Source of the DNA: Candidatus Stammera capleta
Lineage (GTDB): Bacteria > Pseudomonadota > Gammaproteobacteria > Enterobacterales > Enterobacteriaceae
Reading direction: 5' to 3'
Length of the DNA: 64,000 nucleotides
NCBI GenBank assembly: GCA_036689345.1
Contig: CP144799.1
Coordinates: forward strand, 36,030 to 100,029
Shown here: piece after piece, positions 12,761-25,225 of the stretch
Layout: the number at the start of each line of letters is the position of its first letter
How positions within the stretch are numbered: the stretch's first letter is position 1
The notes under the pieces: generated by a model
The model's database searches: none
What the model saw: the letters and a program-made list of their open reading frames with translations, nothing else
Told to the model about the DNA's origin: nothing
Position numbers and translations under genes: made by a program

Positions 12761-13585
12761 ATGGTAGTTATTAAATATAATCCTACTTCTCCTGGTCGTA
12801 GGCATAAAAATAAAATATTGAATACTTTTTTATATAAAGGTAAACCTTATTATCCTTTATTAAAAAAAAAAGTACGTACTGGTGGTCGTAATAATTTAGG
12901 TAAATTAACTGTTAGACATATTGGTGGTGGACATAAAAAAAAATATCGTTTAATAGATTTCAAAAGGAATAAAGATAATATTTCTGCAGTTGTTGAACGT
13001 ATAGAATATGATCCTAATAGATCATCTTTTATAGCTTTAATTTTATATAAAGATGGAGAAAGAAGATATATTATTTATCCTAAAGATTTAAAGGTTGGTG
13101 ATAGAATTAAATCTGGTTATAATGTTGATATTAAATTAGGTAATTGTTTGCCTTTAAATAATATTCCTATTGGATCTATTATACATAATATAGAATTATT
13201 ACCTGGTAAAGGAGGACAAATTTCTAGATCAGCTGGTTCTTATTGTCAGTTATTAGTTCGAGAAAAAAAAAATGTTATATTACGTTTACGTTCTGGTGAA
13301 TTAAGGAAAATTAATATTCATTGTAGAGCTACTTTAGGTGAAGTAGGTAATTCTGAACATATGTTGCGTATGTTAGGTAAAGCGGGTTCTTCACGTTGAT
13401 TAGGAATTAGACCTACTGTTCGTGGTACTGCTATGAATCCTGTAGATCATCCTCATGGAGGTGGAGAAGGTCGTAATTTTGGTAAACATCCTGTTACTCC
13501 TTGGGGTAAAAAAACTAAAGGTAAAAAAACTCGTTTAAATAAACGTACAAATAAATTTATTGTTCAACAACGTAGTAAAAAATAA
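12761..13585 (+). CDS. rplB: 50S ribosomal protein L2
   Basis: ORF 12761-13399 continues through TGA at 13397 ([17 protein letters not shown] vs E. coli GKAGAARWRGVRPTVRG). [13 protein letters not shown] motif. Also contains a TGG Trp at 13502-13504. Stop TAA at 13583-13585. Confidence 0.98.
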
Positions 13586-13605
13586 TGTAGGTATAAATAA
13601 ATAAT

Positions 13606-13887
13606 ATGTCTCGTTCTTTTAAAAAAGGTCCATTTATTGATGTTCATTTATTTAATAAAGTAGAAAAAATGATTAAATTAAAAGATAAGAAACCTATTCG
13701 TACATGATCTAGGAGATCTACTATATTACCTAATATGATAGGTTTAACTATTTTGGTTCATAATGGTAGACGTCATATTCCAGTTTATATTACAGAAGAT
13801 ATGGTTGGTCATAAATTAGGTGAATTTTCTCCTACTAGAACTTATAGGGGTCATTTATCTTCTGATAAAAAAATTAAAAAAGATTAA
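13606..13887 (+). CDS. rpsS: 30S ribosomal protein S19
   Basis: ATG at 13606 ([15 protein letters not shown]). TGA=Trp in [36 protein letters not shown]. Absent from the track because TGA splits it into short pieces. Confidence 0.96.
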
Positions 13888-13909
13888 TATTAATTTTATT
13901 TTAAATTAT

Positions 13910-14242
13910 ATGGAAGTTTTTGCTAAATATCGTTATGTGAAATCATCTTCACAAAAATTGAGATTAGTAGCTAATTTAATAAAAGGTAAAAATGTTAATT
14001 TAGCATTGAATATATTAAGTTTTACTAATAAAAAAGCAGCTTTTTTAATAAAGAAAGTATTAAAATCAGCATTATTTAATGCTATTAATAATAAGGGTAT
14101 GAAAAGAGATATTTTAAAAATATCTAAAATTTATGTTGATAAAGCTACTTTAGTAAAACGTGTTTTTCCTAGAGCTAAAGGAAGAGTAAATTATATTTCA
14201 AAACGTACTAGTCATATTACTGTTTTTGTTTCTGATATATAG
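13910..14242 (+). CDS. rplV: 50S ribosomal protein L22
   Basis: Internal ATG at 13910 of track ORF 13820-14242 gives [27 protein letters not shown], collinear with E. coli L22. The upstream part of the track ORF overlaps rpsS. Confidence 0.95.
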   Translation: MEVFAKYRYVKSSSQKLRLVANLIKGKNVNLALNILSFTNKKAAFLIKKVLKSALFNAINNKGMKRDILKISKIYVDKATLVKRVFPRAKGRVNYISKRTSHITVFVSDI

Positions 14243-14253
14243 TATTATTAATT

Positions 14254-14259
14254 GGAGGA
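14254..14259 (+). promoter_or_regulatory. Shine-Dalgarno motif GGAGGA for rpsC
   Basis: GGAGGA lies 4 nt upstream of the rpsC ATG at 14264. Confidence 0.6.
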
Positions 14260-14263
14260 TATA

Positions 14264-14977
14264 ATGGGTCAAAAGGTTAATCCTAATTTAATTAGGTTAG
14301 GTATTACTAAAATGTGAAGTTCTTCTTGGTTTGCTAATAAAAAAGATTTTTCTAGTAATTTAGAAAGTGATTATATTGTTAGAAAATTTTTATTTAAAAA
14401 ATTATCTAAAGCTTTAATTTCTAAAATATTAATTGAAAGACCAGCAAAAAAAAGTATTAGAATTACTATATATACTGCTCGTCCTGGAATAGTAATAGGT
14501 AAAAAAGGAGAAGATATTGAAAAATTAAAAAAAAAAATTACCTCTATTACTGGTGTAACTTCTCAAATTAATATTTCTGAAATTCGTAAACCAGAATTAG
14601 ATGCTAAATTAATAGCAGATAATATATCTGTACAATTAGAAAGAAGAATTATGTTTAGAAGAGTTATGAAAAGAGTTATTAATAATGCTATTCGTTTAGG
14701 TGCTAAAGGTATTAAATTAGAAGTAAGTGGTAGATTAGGTGGAACTGAAATAGCTAGAAGAGAATGATATCGTGAAGGTCAAGTTCCTTTACATACTTTA
14801 AGAGCTGATATAGATTATAGTTTTTCTCAAGCTTTTACTAATTATGGTGTTATAGGAATTAAAGTATGAATATTTAAAGGTGAAATTTTAGATAAATTTT
14901 ATCCTATTAAATTATATAATAGTAATGTTTTAAGTATAAGAAGATATTTTAAAAGAATACGTAGAAAATTAAAGTAA
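14264..14977 (+). CDS. rpsC: 30S ribosomal protein S3
   Basis: ATG at 14264. [29 protein letters not shown] vs E. coli [29 protein letters not shown]. Uses both TGA and TGG for Trp. Stop TAA at 14975-14977. Confidence 0.97.
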
Positions 14978-15006
14978 TTTATATTTTAAAAAAGGTATAT
15001 AATTAT

Positions 15007-15405
15007 ATGTTGCAACCTAAAAAAACTAAATATAGAAAAGTACAAAAAGGACGTAATAGAGGAATATCTAATGATATAAATTTAAATTTTGGTAAGTTTG
15101 GTTTAAAAGCTATTACCAGAGGAAGTATTTCTTCAAAACAAATTGAGTCAGCTCGTCGTGTAATATCTAGGACTATTAAAAGACAAGGATTTTTATGAAT
15201 TAGAATATTTCCTGATAAACCTATTACTAGAAAACCATTAGAAATACGTATGGGTAAAGGAAAAGGTAATGTTGAATATTGAGTATCAATTATTAAACCA
15301 GGTAAAATTTTATATGAATTAGATGGTGTAGATGAAAAAATAGCTAGAAAAGCTTTTAAATTAGCTGGTGATAAATTATCTGTTAAAACTATGTTTGTAA
15401 TTTAA
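15007..15405 (+). CDS. rplP: 50S ribosomal protein L16
   Basis: [17 protein letters not shown]... continues through TGA at 15196 and 15280. Stop TAA at 15403-15405. Confidence 0.97.
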
Positions 15406-15413
15406 TTTTTATT

Positions 15414-15641
15414 ATGATTAATAGTATTGAATTTTTAAAAAATAAAAGTTTTGAAGAATTAAATGTTGAATTATGTAATTTACGTAAAGAATATTTAAAT
15501 TTACGTATTCAATTGTCTTCTGGAAAATTAAAAAAAACTCATTTAATACGTTTATGTAGGAAAAATATAGCTCGTATTAAAAATTTTTTAAATTATAATA
15601 AAGGTGTTATTAGTGTTAATGAAAAAAAAAAAGAAAATTAA
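15414..15641 (+). CDS. rpmC: 50S ribosomal protein L29
   Basis: Collinear with E. coli L29 ([22 protein letters not shown]). C-terminal tail about 10 aa longer, overlapping the rpsQ start. Confidence 0.9.
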   Translation: MINSIEFLKNKSFEELNVELCNLRKEYLNLRIQLSSGKLKKTHLIRLCRKNIARIKNFLNYNKGVISVNEKKKEN

Positions 15642-15870
15642 ATGTTATGTTTTAAGTAATAAAATGAATAAAACAGTAGTTGTTTATATTCCAAGAATTA
15701 TTAAACATAATATTTATAAAAAGTATATAAAAAAGAATATTAAAATATATGTTCATGATGAAAATAATATATGTAAAATAGGTGATCTTATTGAAATAAA
15801 AGAATGTAAACCATTTTCTAAAAAAAAATCTTGAGTTTTTTGTAGAATAATTAAATCTATTGATAGGTAA
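15619..15870 (+). CDS. rpsQ: 30S ribosomal protein S17
   Basis: ATG at 15619 ([22 protein letters not shown]). [28 protein letters not shown], with TGA=Trp at 15832. Stop TAA at 15868-15870. Confidence 0.94.
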
Positions 15871-15877
15871 TAATATT

Positions 15878-16249
15878 ATGATACAAGAAAGATCATTATT
15901 ATATGTAGCAGATAATTCTGGAGCTAAAATTGTAATGTGTATTAAAGTTTTAGGAGGTACTAATCGTAGATATGCTAATATTGGAGATATTATTAAAGTA
16001 GTTGTAAAAAATATTATTTCTAAAAGTAAGGTATTAAAAGGTGAAGTATTAAAAGCAGTAATAATAAGGACTAAGTATGGTATTTCTAGATTAGACGGTT
16101 CATTTATTAGATTTGATAGTAATTCTTGTGTATTATTAAATAATTCTAATGAACAACCTATAGGTACTAGAATTTTTGGTCCTATTACTAGAGAATTAAA
16201 ATTAGATAAATTTATTAAAATTATATCTCTTGCTCCAGAAGTAATTTAA
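15878..16249 (+). CDS. rplN: 50S ribosomal protein L14
   Basis: ATG at 15878 gives [27 protein letters not shown] vs E. coli [27 protein letters not shown]. Confidence 0.97.
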   Translation: MIQERSLLYVADNSGAKIVMCIKVLGGTNRRYANIGDIIKVVVKNIISKSKVLKGEVLKAVIIRTKYGISRLDGSFIRFDSNSCVLLNNSNEQPIGTRIFGPITRELKLDKFIKIISLAPEVI

Positions 16250-16264
16250 TTTAAGGAAGATTTT

Positions 16265-16573
16265 ATGTCTGCTAAATTTCGTTTAAATGATGAAGTAATT
16301 ATTATTAGTGGTAAAGATAAAGGTAAAAAAGGTATAATTAAAAAAATATTTAAAAATAAAGTTATTATTGATGGTGTAAATTTAGTAATTAAACATCAAA
16401 AATCTATTCCATCAAAAAATATTGTTGGAGGTAAAGTTTATAAAGAATCTTTTATAAATATTTCTAATATTAGTCATTTTTGTAAAAATTCTAATAAAAT
16501 TTCTAAAATAGGTTTTAAATTTATTAATAAAAAAAAAGTTCGTTATTTTAAATGTAGTAAAATAATTTTTTAA
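16265..16573 (+). CDS. rplX: 50S ribosomal protein L24
   Basis: Full-length ORF with the KOW motif (DEVIIISGKDKGKKG). Position between rplN and rplE. AAGGAAG upstream. Confidence 0.95.
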   Translation: MSAKFRLNDEVIIISGKDKGKKGIIKKIFKNKVIIDGVNLVIKHQKSIPSKNIVGGKVYKESFINISNISHFCKNSNKISKIGFKFINKKKVRYFKCSKIIF

Positions 16574-16580
16574 ATTTTTT

Positions 16581-17123
16581 ATGAGCAATTTATTAATTTT
16601 ATATAAAAATATAATTATTAAGAAATTAATAGATAAATTTTGTTATAAATCTATAATGCAAGTACCTAAAATAATTAAAATAATATTAAGTGTTAGTTTA
16701 AATTATATTAATTTAGAAAAAAAAAGATTAAATGATGTATGTGAAAATTTAAAATTAATTTCTGGACAAAAACCTATAATTACTAAATGTAAAAAATCTA
16801 TAGCTAATTTTAAAATACGTAAAGGTTATCCTATTGGATGTAAAGTAACTTTAAGAAAAAAAAATATGTGAAATTTTTTAGATAGATTAATTTTTATAGC
16901 AATTCCTAGTATTAGAGATTTTAGAGGTTTTTCTATAAAATCTTTTGATAAATATGCTAATTTAAATATAGGTATTAAAGAACAAACTATTTTCCCTGAG
17001 ATTGATTATGAAAAAATAGCTTATATTCATGGATTAAATATATCTATAATAACAAGTACTAAAATTATAAAAGAATCTTATTTTTTATTAAAAAAAATTT
17101 ATTTTCCATTTTTAAATCATTAA
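16581..17123 (+). CDS. rplE: 50S ribosomal protein L5
   Basis: ORF 16581-16871 continues through TGA at 16869 (MW-NFLDRLIFIAIPSIRDFRG). Stop TAA at 17121-17123. Confidence 0.95.
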
Positions 17124-17147
17124 TATAATTAATATAAATAAATTTAT

Positions 17148-17453
17148 ATGACTAAAAAATCAATTATTGAACGTGAAAAAAAAAGATCTTATTTAATTAA
17201 AAAATTTTATTTTAAAAGAAAAAAATTAAAAAAAATTATATCTAGTAGTAAAACATCTAATAAAAATAGATGAAAAGCTATTATTAAGTTACAATCTTTA
17301 CCTAGAGATTCTAGTATTGTACGTCATCATAATAGATGTAAATTAACGGGTAGACCTCATGCTTATTTACGTAAATTTGGTTTAAGTAGAATTAAATTTC
17401 GTGAATTTGCAGTTATGGGATATATACCTGGATTAAAAAAATCTAGTTGATAA
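17148..17453 (+). CDS. rpsN: 30S ribosomal protein S14
   Basis: ATG at 17148. [24 protein letters not shown]. Ends ...KKSSW with the terminal Trp encoded by TGA at 17448-17450, then TAA. E. coli S14 also ends in Trp. Confidence 0.96.
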
Positions 17454-17478
17454 TTTAAAATTTTAAGGTATTTATTTT

Positions 17479-17874
17479 ATGAGTATGCAAGATCCTGTTA
17501 GTAATATGTTAACTTGTATAAGAAATTCTCAATTGTCAAAGAAAAATACAGTTTTAGTTTTTTATTCAAAATTTAAAGAATCTATTTTAAAAATATTTTG
17601 AAAAGAAGGTTTTATAAAAAATTATTCTTTAATAAATAATAATTTTAAAAAATATATCTTAATAAAATTAAAATATTTTACTGGTTTACCTGTTATATCA
17701 AAAATAAAAAGAATAAGTAGACCGGGTTTAAGAGTATATTTACCTTTTGATAAATTACCAATTATAAAATCTGGTTTGGGTATTTTAATTATATCTACTT
17801 CCAAAGGGGTCTTATCAGATAAAGAAGCTCGTTTATATAAAATTGGTGGAGAAATAGTTTGTTATATTTTTTAA
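17479..17874 (+). CDS. rpsH: 30S ribosomal protein S8
   Basis: ATG at 17479 (MSMQDPVSNMLTCIRNSQ vs E. coli MSMQDPIADMLTRIRNGQ). One in-frame TGA. Stop TAA at 17872-17874. Confidence 0.96.
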
Positions 17875-17888
17875 ATTAAAGGTTAAAT

Positions 17889-18434
17889 ATGTCTCGTATT
17901 GCTAAAAAACCTATTATTATTCCTGAATCCATTTCAGTAAAAATTAAAGGTAAAAAAATTTTTTTTAAAAAAGAAAAATTAAAAGTTTTTAAAATTATTC
18001 ATAAGTCAGTAGTTCCTGTTTTAAAAAATAAAAAACTTTTTTTTAAAGTTAATCATAATTTTAATAAAAATAAAATGTATGTAGGAACTACAAGATCTAT
18101 AATATTTAATATTATAAATGGAATGATGTATGGTTATACAAAAATATTATTAATAATAGGTGTAGGTTATAAAGCTTTTATAGAAAATAATATTTTATTT
18201 TTAAATTTAGGTTTTTCTCATGTGATAAATTATAATATTCCATTAAATATAAGTATTAAATGTTCTAATTCAAATGAAATAATTATTACTGGTTGAGATA
18301 AACAATTAGTAGGTTGTGTAGCAGCTACTATACGTTCTTTTCGTCCTCCAGAACATTATAAAAAAGGTAAAGGTATACGTTATATGAATGAAAAAGTACG
18401 TATTAAGGAGCATAAAAAAAAATTAAGTAAATAA
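17889..18434 (+). CDS. rplF: 50S ribosomal protein L6
   Basis: [19 protein letters not shown]... continues through TGA at 18294 ([31 protein letters not shown]). Stop TAA at 18432-18434. Confidence 0.95.
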
Positions 18435-18450
18435 TTTATATAATAATAAT

Positions 18451-18807
18451 ATGATAAATAAAAAAAAAAAACGTTTATATAGATGTAAAAAAATGCGTTA
18501 TATATTAAGAAAAAAAAATAAATTACGTTTAGTTATTTATAAAACTTCATGACATATATATGCACAAATTATATTTTATAGGAATGGTTTTTCTAAAGTT
18601 TTAGTTTCAGCTTCTACTTTAGAAAAAAAAAATAATATTAAATATGGAGGTAATAAATTAGCTGCTAAAAATATAGGTAAAATTATTGCTTTAAAAGCAA
18701 TTAAAAGAGGTATATTAGATGTTGTTTGTGATCGTTCAGGTTTTAAATATCATGGTAGAATTAAAGTTCTAGCAGATAATGCAAGAAAATATGGTTTAAT
18801 ATTTTAA
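18451..18807 (+). CDS. rplR: 50S ribosomal protein L18
   Basis: ATG at 18451. [15 protein letters not shown] (TGA=Trp) and [23 protein letters not shown] match the L18 core. Stop TAA at 18805-18807. Confidence 0.94.
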
Positions 18808-18820
18808 ATTTGAGTTTTTT

Positions 18821-19324
18821 ATGATTAAATCTAACAATAATAATGAATTTTATGAAAAATTAGTTTCAGTAAATAGAGTTTCTAAAACAGTTAAAGGAGG
18901 TAGAGTTTTTTCTTTTACAGCTTTGACAGTAGTAGGAGATAAAAATGGAAGAATTGGTTATGGATATGGAAAAGCTCGTGAAGTACCTTTAGCAATTCAA
19001 AAAGCTATAGATAAATCTCGTAAAAATATGGTATTAATTTTATTGAATAAAAAAAAAACTTTAAGGTATGAATTAAAAAGTACATATGTAAGTACAAAAG
19101 TTTTTATTAAACCAGCTTCAGAAGGTACAGGAATTATAGCAGGTAAAACTATGAGAGCTATTTTTGAAGCAGCTGGAATAAAAAATGTTTTAGCTAAATT
19201 ATATGGTTCTAGTAATCCTTTAAATGTTATAAAAGCAACTATAAAAGCTTTAAAAAGTATTAAATCTCCTCTTTTTATAGCTAAAAAAAGAGGTAAATTT
19301 TTGAAAGAAATATTTGTATTTTAA
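18821..19324 (+). CDS. rpsE: 30S ribosomal protein S5
   Basis: Full-length [43 protein letters not shown] matches E. coli S5. Confidence 0.97.
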   Translation: MIKSNNNNEFYEKLVSVNRVSKTVKGGRVFSFTALTVVGDKNGRIGYGYGKAREVPLAIQKAIDKSRKNMVLILLNKKKTLRYELKSTYVSTKVFIKPASEGTGIIAGKTMRAIFEAAGIKNVLAKLYGSSNPLNVIKATIKALKSIKSPLFIAKKRGKFLKEIFVF

Positions 19325-19351
19325 TTTTAAAATTTATATTTGGTTAATTTG

Positions 19352-19783
19352 ATGGTTATTAATTTAAATACTTTATTAAGTAATATTAAAAAAAAAAATA
19401 AAAAAAGAGTAGGTAGAGGTATAGGTTCTGGTTTAGGTAAAACATGTGGTAAAGGACATAAAGGTCAAAAATGTAGATCTGGGGGTAAAATTAGAAGATG
19501 TTATGAAGGTGGACAAACTCCTTTTTATAGGAGAATACCTAAATTTGGTTTTAAAAATTTTAATTCTAAAAAAATATTTGAATTACGTATTTGTGATTTA
19601 AATGTATTTAGTAATAATAGTTTAATAAATTTAAAAAAAATAAAATCTAAAAAATTAGTTCCTTTAAAAGCTAAATTAGTTAAAATAATATTAAATGGTA
19701 AATTAATAAGAAATAATATTAGATTTAATGATAAAAATATAAAATTTTCTTCTAGTGTAAATAAAATTATTAAAAATATATAA
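19352..19783 (+). CDS. rplO: 50S ribosomal protein L15
   Basis: ATG at 19352 within track ORF 19340-19783. [25 protein letters not shown] and [16 protein letters not shown] match E. coli L15. Follows rpsE directly, with no rpmD between. Confidence 0.95.
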   Translation: MVINLNTLLSNIKKKNKKRVGRGIGSGLGKTCGKGHKGQKCRSGGKIRRCYEGGQTPFYRRIPKFGFKNFNSKKIFELRICDLNVFSNNSLINLKKIKSKKLVPLKAKLVKIILNGKLIRNNIRFNDKNIKFSSSVNKIIKNI

Positions 19784-19797
19784 TTTTTTGTAAAAAT

Positions 19798-21111
19798 ATG
19801 AATATTAAAAATTTTATTTTTGACAGTATATTAAATAATTTACAAAATTTAAAAAGTAGATTATTATTTTTATTTTTTTCTATAATTGTATTACGTACTG
19901 GTGTATTTATTCCTATACCGGGAATAAATTTATATTTATTAAATGATTTAATTAGCACTACTAATAGTAGTTTTATAGATATATTTAATATATTTTCTGG
20001 TGGTTCTTTATTTCATGCTTCTATTTTTGCTTTAGGAATTATGCCTTATATATCTTCTTCTATTATTATGCAATTATTTACTGTTATTTTTCCTTATTTT
20101 ATAGAATTTAAAGATGAAGGTAGTAGTGGTAAATATAAACTTAGTCAATATACACGTTATTTAACATTGATTATATCTATAGTTCAAGCTTGTGCTTTAT
20201 CTACAACTATTACTCATTTACCTATTTTAAAAGATATAGTTTTTGATAAAGGTATGAAATTTTATTTTATTTCTATTACTACTTTAGTTACTGGTACTAT
20301 GTTTTTAATGTGATTAGGAGAACAGATTTCTGAGAGGGGTATAGGAAATGGTATATCAGTAATTATCTTTACTGGTATTATATCTAGTTTACCTAAATCA
20401 TTATTTAATTTATTTAATCAAATAAAGAGTAATAATATTACTTATTATAAAGTTTTACTAATTTTTTTTTTAGTTATATATACTATATATTTTATAGTTT
20501 TTATGGAAATTTCTCAGAGAAAAATACTTATACAATATGCTTCTCAAAGATATCAATATAATAGATATTTTCCTTCTGATACTTATTTACCTTTTAAAAT
20601 TAATATGTCTGGTGTTATTCCATCTATATTTTCTTCTAGTGTTATGATGTTTCCTTATGTATTATTGTTTTGATTTAAAAAAAACATTTATTTTAATTGA
20701 ATATTTAATTTATTAAGTTTTATTTATCCAAAAAGTTTTTTATATTTGATAATTTATTTATTTTTAATAATATTTTTTTCTTTTTTTTATACATTATTAA
20801 TGTATAATTCTAATGATATCGCTAATAATTTAAAAAAATCTGGTGCTTATATTTCTGGTATTCGTCCTGGAAAAAGTACATCATTATATATTAAGGGTAT
20901 AATTTTAAGGCTAACTTTATTAGGTTCTTTATATATGTCTATAGTATGTTTGATACCTGATTTTATGTCTGATATTATTGGTGTTTCTTTTTATTTTGGT
21001 GGTACATCTTTGTTAATTGTTATAGTAGTTATAATAGATTTTATAACTCAAATTCAGACATTACTAATGTCCAATAAATATTTATCTATGTTAAAAAAAA
21101 TTAATTTTTAA
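19798..21111 (+). CDS. secY: protein translocase subunit SecY
   Basis: Track ORFs 19798-20313 and 20746-21111 share one frame. The gap is open except for TGA codons ([25 protein letters not shown]). Multi-pass membrane profile. Position after rplO. Confidence 0.96.
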
Positions 21112-21115
21112 ATAT

Positions 21116-21232
21116 ATGAAAGTTAGAGCATCAATAAAAAAATTTTGTTTTTTTTGTAAAATTGTTAAACGTAAAGGTATATTAAGAGTTATATGTAATG
21201 CTAATCCTAAACATAAACAACGTCAAGGATAG
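21116..21232 (+). CDS. rpmJ: 50S ribosomal protein L36
   Basis: 38-codon [41 protein letters not shown] with the Cys/His zinc motif. Stop TAG at 21230-21232. Too short for the track. Confidence 0.95.
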   Translation: MKVRASIKKFCFFCKIVKRKGILRVICNANPKHKQRQG

Positions 21233-21269
21233 AAAAATTAATGATTTAAATTATTAAAGGAATATAATA

Positions 21270-21620
21270 ATGATTAGAATATCTGGTGTTAATATTTTAG
21301 ATAATAAGAGTATTTTATATGCTTTAACAACTATTTATGGTATAGGTAAATCAAGATCTAAATATATTTGTAATACTGTAAATATAAATTATTTTACTAA
21401 AATTAGTGATTTAAATTCTGATAAATTGAATTTGATAAGAAATGAGGTATCTAAATTTTTAATTGAAGGAGATTTACGTAGAGATATAATGTTAAATATC
21501 AAAAGATTAGTAGATTTAAATTGCTATAGAGGTTTACGTCATAGAAAACATTTACCTGTAAGAGGTCAAAGAACAAGAACAAATGCTAAAACTTGTAGAA
21601 AATTACGTATTTTAAAATAA
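21270..21620 (+). CDS. rpsM: 30S ribosomal protein S13
   Basis: MIRISGVNILDNKSILYALTTIYGIGKSRSK vs E. coli [31 protein letters not shown]. Confidence 0.97.
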   Translation: MIRISGVNILDNKSILYALTTIYGIGKSRSKYICNTVNINYFTKISDLNSDKLNLIRNEVSKFLIEGDLRRDIMLNIKRLVDLNCYRGLRHRKHLPVRGQRTRTNAKTCRKLRILK

Positions 21621-21635
21621 TAGGTAAAATTAATT

Positions 21636-22025
21636 ATGTCTAAATTTTTAAAGAAAAATAGAAAAAAAATTAAAAGACAGGTTTTAAATGCTGTAGCTCA
21701 TATATATTCTTCTTTTAATAATACTATTGTTAGTGTTACCGATAATAATGGTAATGTTTTAGGTTGGTCTACTTCTGGAGGATCAGGTTTTAGAGGATCT
21801 AGAAAATCTACTCCTTTTGCAGCTCAAATAGCAACTGAAAAATGTATTGAAATTATTAAAATTTATGGTATTAAAAATTTAGAAATTATGGTTAGTGGTC
21901 CTGGACCAGGAAGAGAATCCAGTATTAGAACTTTTAATGCTGCTGGTTTTAATATTATTAGTATTAATGATGTTACTCCCATCCCACATAATGGTTGTCG
22001 TCCTCCTAAAAGAAGACGTGTATAA
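21636..22025 (+). CDS. rpsK: 30S ribosomal protein S11
   Basis: Full-length [25 protein letters not shown] and [16 protein letters not shown] match S11. Confidence 0.97.
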   Translation: MSKFLKKNRKKIKRQVLNAVAHIYSSFNNTIVSVTDNNGNVLGWSTSGGSGFRGSRKSTPFAAQIATEKCIEIIKIYGIKNLEIMVSGPGPGRESSIRTFNAAGFNIISINDVTPIPHNGCRPPKRRRV

Positions 22026-22059
22026 AATATTTTATTAAAATTTTAAATTTTTAAATTAT

Positions 22060-22680
22060 ATGGCTAAATATTTAGGTGCAAAATTAAAATTAAGTCGTAG
22101 AGAGGGAAGTGATTTATTTTTAAAATCTGGTTTACGTGATATAGAATCTAAATGTAAATTAGATAGATTACCAGGTCAACATGGATATAAAAAGTCTAGA
22201 TTATCTGATTATGGTTTACAATTACGTGCTAAACAAAAAATTCGTCGTATTTATGGAATATTAGAAAATCAATTTTTTAATTATTATAAAAAATCGTTAC
22301 GTTTTAAAGGTAATACAGGAAGTATATTATTAAAATTTTTAGAAAGAAGATTAGATAATGTTGTTTATAGAATGGGTTTTAGTGTTACTAGATGTGAAGC
22401 TCGTCAATTAATAAATCATAAATCTATCATGGTAAACAATAATATTGTTAATATTTCTTCTTTTGAAGTTTCTCCTGGAGATATTATTAAAGTAACTAAA
22501 AAATCTTGTAATCAAGATCGTATTAAGTATGCTTTAGAACTTTCTCAACAACGTGAATTATCTTCTTGATTAGAAGTAAATATTAAAAAAATGGAAGGTA
22601 TATTTAAAGATATTCCTAAACGTGTTTTTATTTCTGCTGATATACAGGAACATCTAGTGTTAGAGTTTTATTCTAAATAA
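22060..22680 (+). CDS. rpsD: 30S ribosomal protein S4
   Basis: [16 protein letters not shown]... continues through TGA at 22567 ([13 protein letters not shown] vs E. coli PTWLEVDAGKMEG). Ends [10 protein letters not shown]. Stop TAA at 22678-22680. Confidence 0.97.
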
Positions 22681-22723
22681 TAATTATATTTTTTGTTTTT
22701 AAAATATTGAGGTATAACATTTT

Positions 22724-23737
22724 ATGTTTACTACATTAAATTTTATTAAACCTAAGTTAGTTAATATAGAAAATATATCTAAAACATGTTCAAGATTAGT
22801 TTTAGAACCTTTAGAAAAAGGTTTTGGTTATACATTAGGTAATGCTCTTAGACGTGTTTTATTATCTTCTATATCTGGTTATGCAGTTACAGAAGTAGAA
22901 ATTGATGGTGTATTACATGAATATAGTGTAAAAAATGGTTTACTAGAAGATATTATAGAGATTTTATTAAATTTTAAGAAATTATCTATAAAATTAGATA
23001 ATGATAGAGAAGAAGCTATTCTTTTTTTAAATAAAAATGGTATAGGACCAGTTTTAGCATCTGATATAACTTGTGATCATAATTTTTATTTAGTTAATCC
23101 TGATCATGTTATTTGTAATATTACTGATGCAAATATTTCTGTTAATATGCGTATTTATGTTAATTTAGGGGTAGGTTATGTATCTGCTTCTTCAAGAATT
23201 AAAAATATTAAAGAAATAGATAAAAATATTAAAGTAGGTAAATTATTTTTAGATGCTTATTATTCTCCTATAGAGCGTATTTCTTATAAAGTTGAGTCAA
23301 CTCGTGTAAAACAACGTATAGATTTAGATAAATTAGTTATTGATGTTTATACTAATGGTACTATTAAACCTGAATTTGCTATACGTAGAGCAGCAAAAAT
23401 TTTAGTTGATCAATTAAGTTCTTTTATAAATTTAGATGATCAAATCATTAAAGAAGTAAAAAAAAGTAAATTACCTTTTGATCCTATATTACTATCTTTA
23501 GTTGATGATTTAGAACTTACTGTAAGATCAGCAAATTGTTTAAAAGCTGAATCTATTCATTATATAGGTGATTTAGTTCAAAAAACTGAAATAGAGTTAT
23601 TAAAAACTCCTAATTTAGGAAAAAAATCATTAACTGAAATAAAAAATGTTTTACTTTCTAAGGGGTTAAATTTAGGTATGAAAATAAATAATTGAGAAAA
23701 TAATATTTTATTAAAAAATAATCTTAAAAAAGTTTAA
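22724..23737 (+). CDS. rpoA: DNA-directed RNA polymerase subunit alpha
   Basis: [38 protein letters not shown] is almost identical to E. coli. TGA at 23693 falls on the conserved C-terminal Trp (..NW..). Stop TAA at 23735-23737. Confidence 0.98.
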
Positions 23738-23746
23738 TTATATTAT

Positions 23747-24106
23747 ATGCGTCATAAAAAAAAAGGTCGTAAATTAAATCGTAATTCTAGTCATAGAAAT
23801 TGTATGTTTAAAAATATGATTAATTCATTAATAATATATGAAAAAATAAAAACTACTATTTCAAAAGCAAAAGAATTAAGATATTATATAGAATCTATAA
23901 TTAGTATGATTTTAAGTAAAAAAAAAACTCCTATGAATTTTTTATTTTCTTATATAAGAAATAAAAATACTATTTATAAATTAATAAATATAATTGTACC
24001 AAGATTTGTAGATTCTAATGGAGGTTATATTAGAATATTAAAATGTGGTTTTAGAAATGGAGATAATGCACCTATGGTTTATATAGATATTTTAAATAAG
24101 AAGTAA
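23747..24106 (+). CDS. rplQ: 50S ribosomal protein L17
   Basis: [24 protein letters not shown] vs E. coli [24 protein letters not shown]. Last gene of the alpha block. Confidence 0.96.
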   Translation: [119 protein letters not shown]

Positions 24107-24139
24107 TTTTTTTAATATTTTATTTAATTTATAAAATTT

Positions 24140-25225
24140 ATGGTTAGACCTATATTTAGTATATTAAATGTAAATAATTTAAAAAATAATTTTTTTATTA
24201 TACGTAAGTTATCTAGTAATAGAAATATATGAATAGTAATTAAAGGTGATGCTTATGGTCATGGAATAGATAATATATATAACATAATATCTAATTATGT
24301 AGATGGTTTTGCTGTATTAAGTATTACAGAAGCTTTACATTTACGTTTTTTAGGTTGATTAAAACCAATTTTATTATTGGAGGGTTTTTTTGATATAGAA
24401 GAAATTTATTTGTGTTTAAAATTTAATATTGATGTAGTTATTCATAGTAAATGACAAGTAGATTTATTTAAAAAAGTTTTTTTTTTAAATAAAAAAATAA
24501 ATATTTATTTAAAATTAAATAGTAATATAAATAGATTAGGTTTTTATTTTAATGAATTTAAATATATTTATAAAATTTTAAATTCTAATAATATTGTTAA
24601 AAATTTATCTTTAATATTTCATTATACATTTTCTACTAAATATAAAAATGTTTTTTCTTTAAAAAAAGAAGTTTATAAAATTTTAAGTTTAAATTTTAAA
24701 AATATATCTCTTACTAGTTCTTTAGGTTTAATTAATAATATTAATGATATTTATAGTAATTGATATAGAATAGGGATATTATTATATGGGTTATCTCCTA
24801 CTGGAAAGATGAGTGATATATTGAATTATGGTTTTAAACCTGTAATGAGTTTTATAAGTAAAATAATTAGTATTAAAAAGATTAAAAAAAATCAATATAT
24901 AGGTTATAATAATAGTTTTTATTCTGAAATTGATAGATATATAGGAATAGTTGCTTGTGGATATGCGGATGGTTATCCTAGACAATTATCTAATAAGTAT
25001 TATGTTTTGGTAAATTATAAATTTAAAGCTCAAATATTAGGATATATATCTATGGATATGATGATTATAGATTTGTTAGATAATAAAAATATTAATATTG
25101 GTGATGAAGTTGAATTATGAGGAGAAAATTTATATATTGATAATATATCTAAAATAGCTAATACTATTAGTTATGATTTAATTAGTGGTATAAATAAAAA
25201 TAGAGTTTTATATAAATTAAAATAA
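24140..25225 (+). CDS. alr: alanine racemase
   Basis: ATG at 24140, in frame with track ORF 24809-25120 through several TGA. PLP-lysine motif VIKGDAYGHG; RIGILLYGLSP; GYADGYPR. Stop TAA at 25223-25225. Confidence 0.9.
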
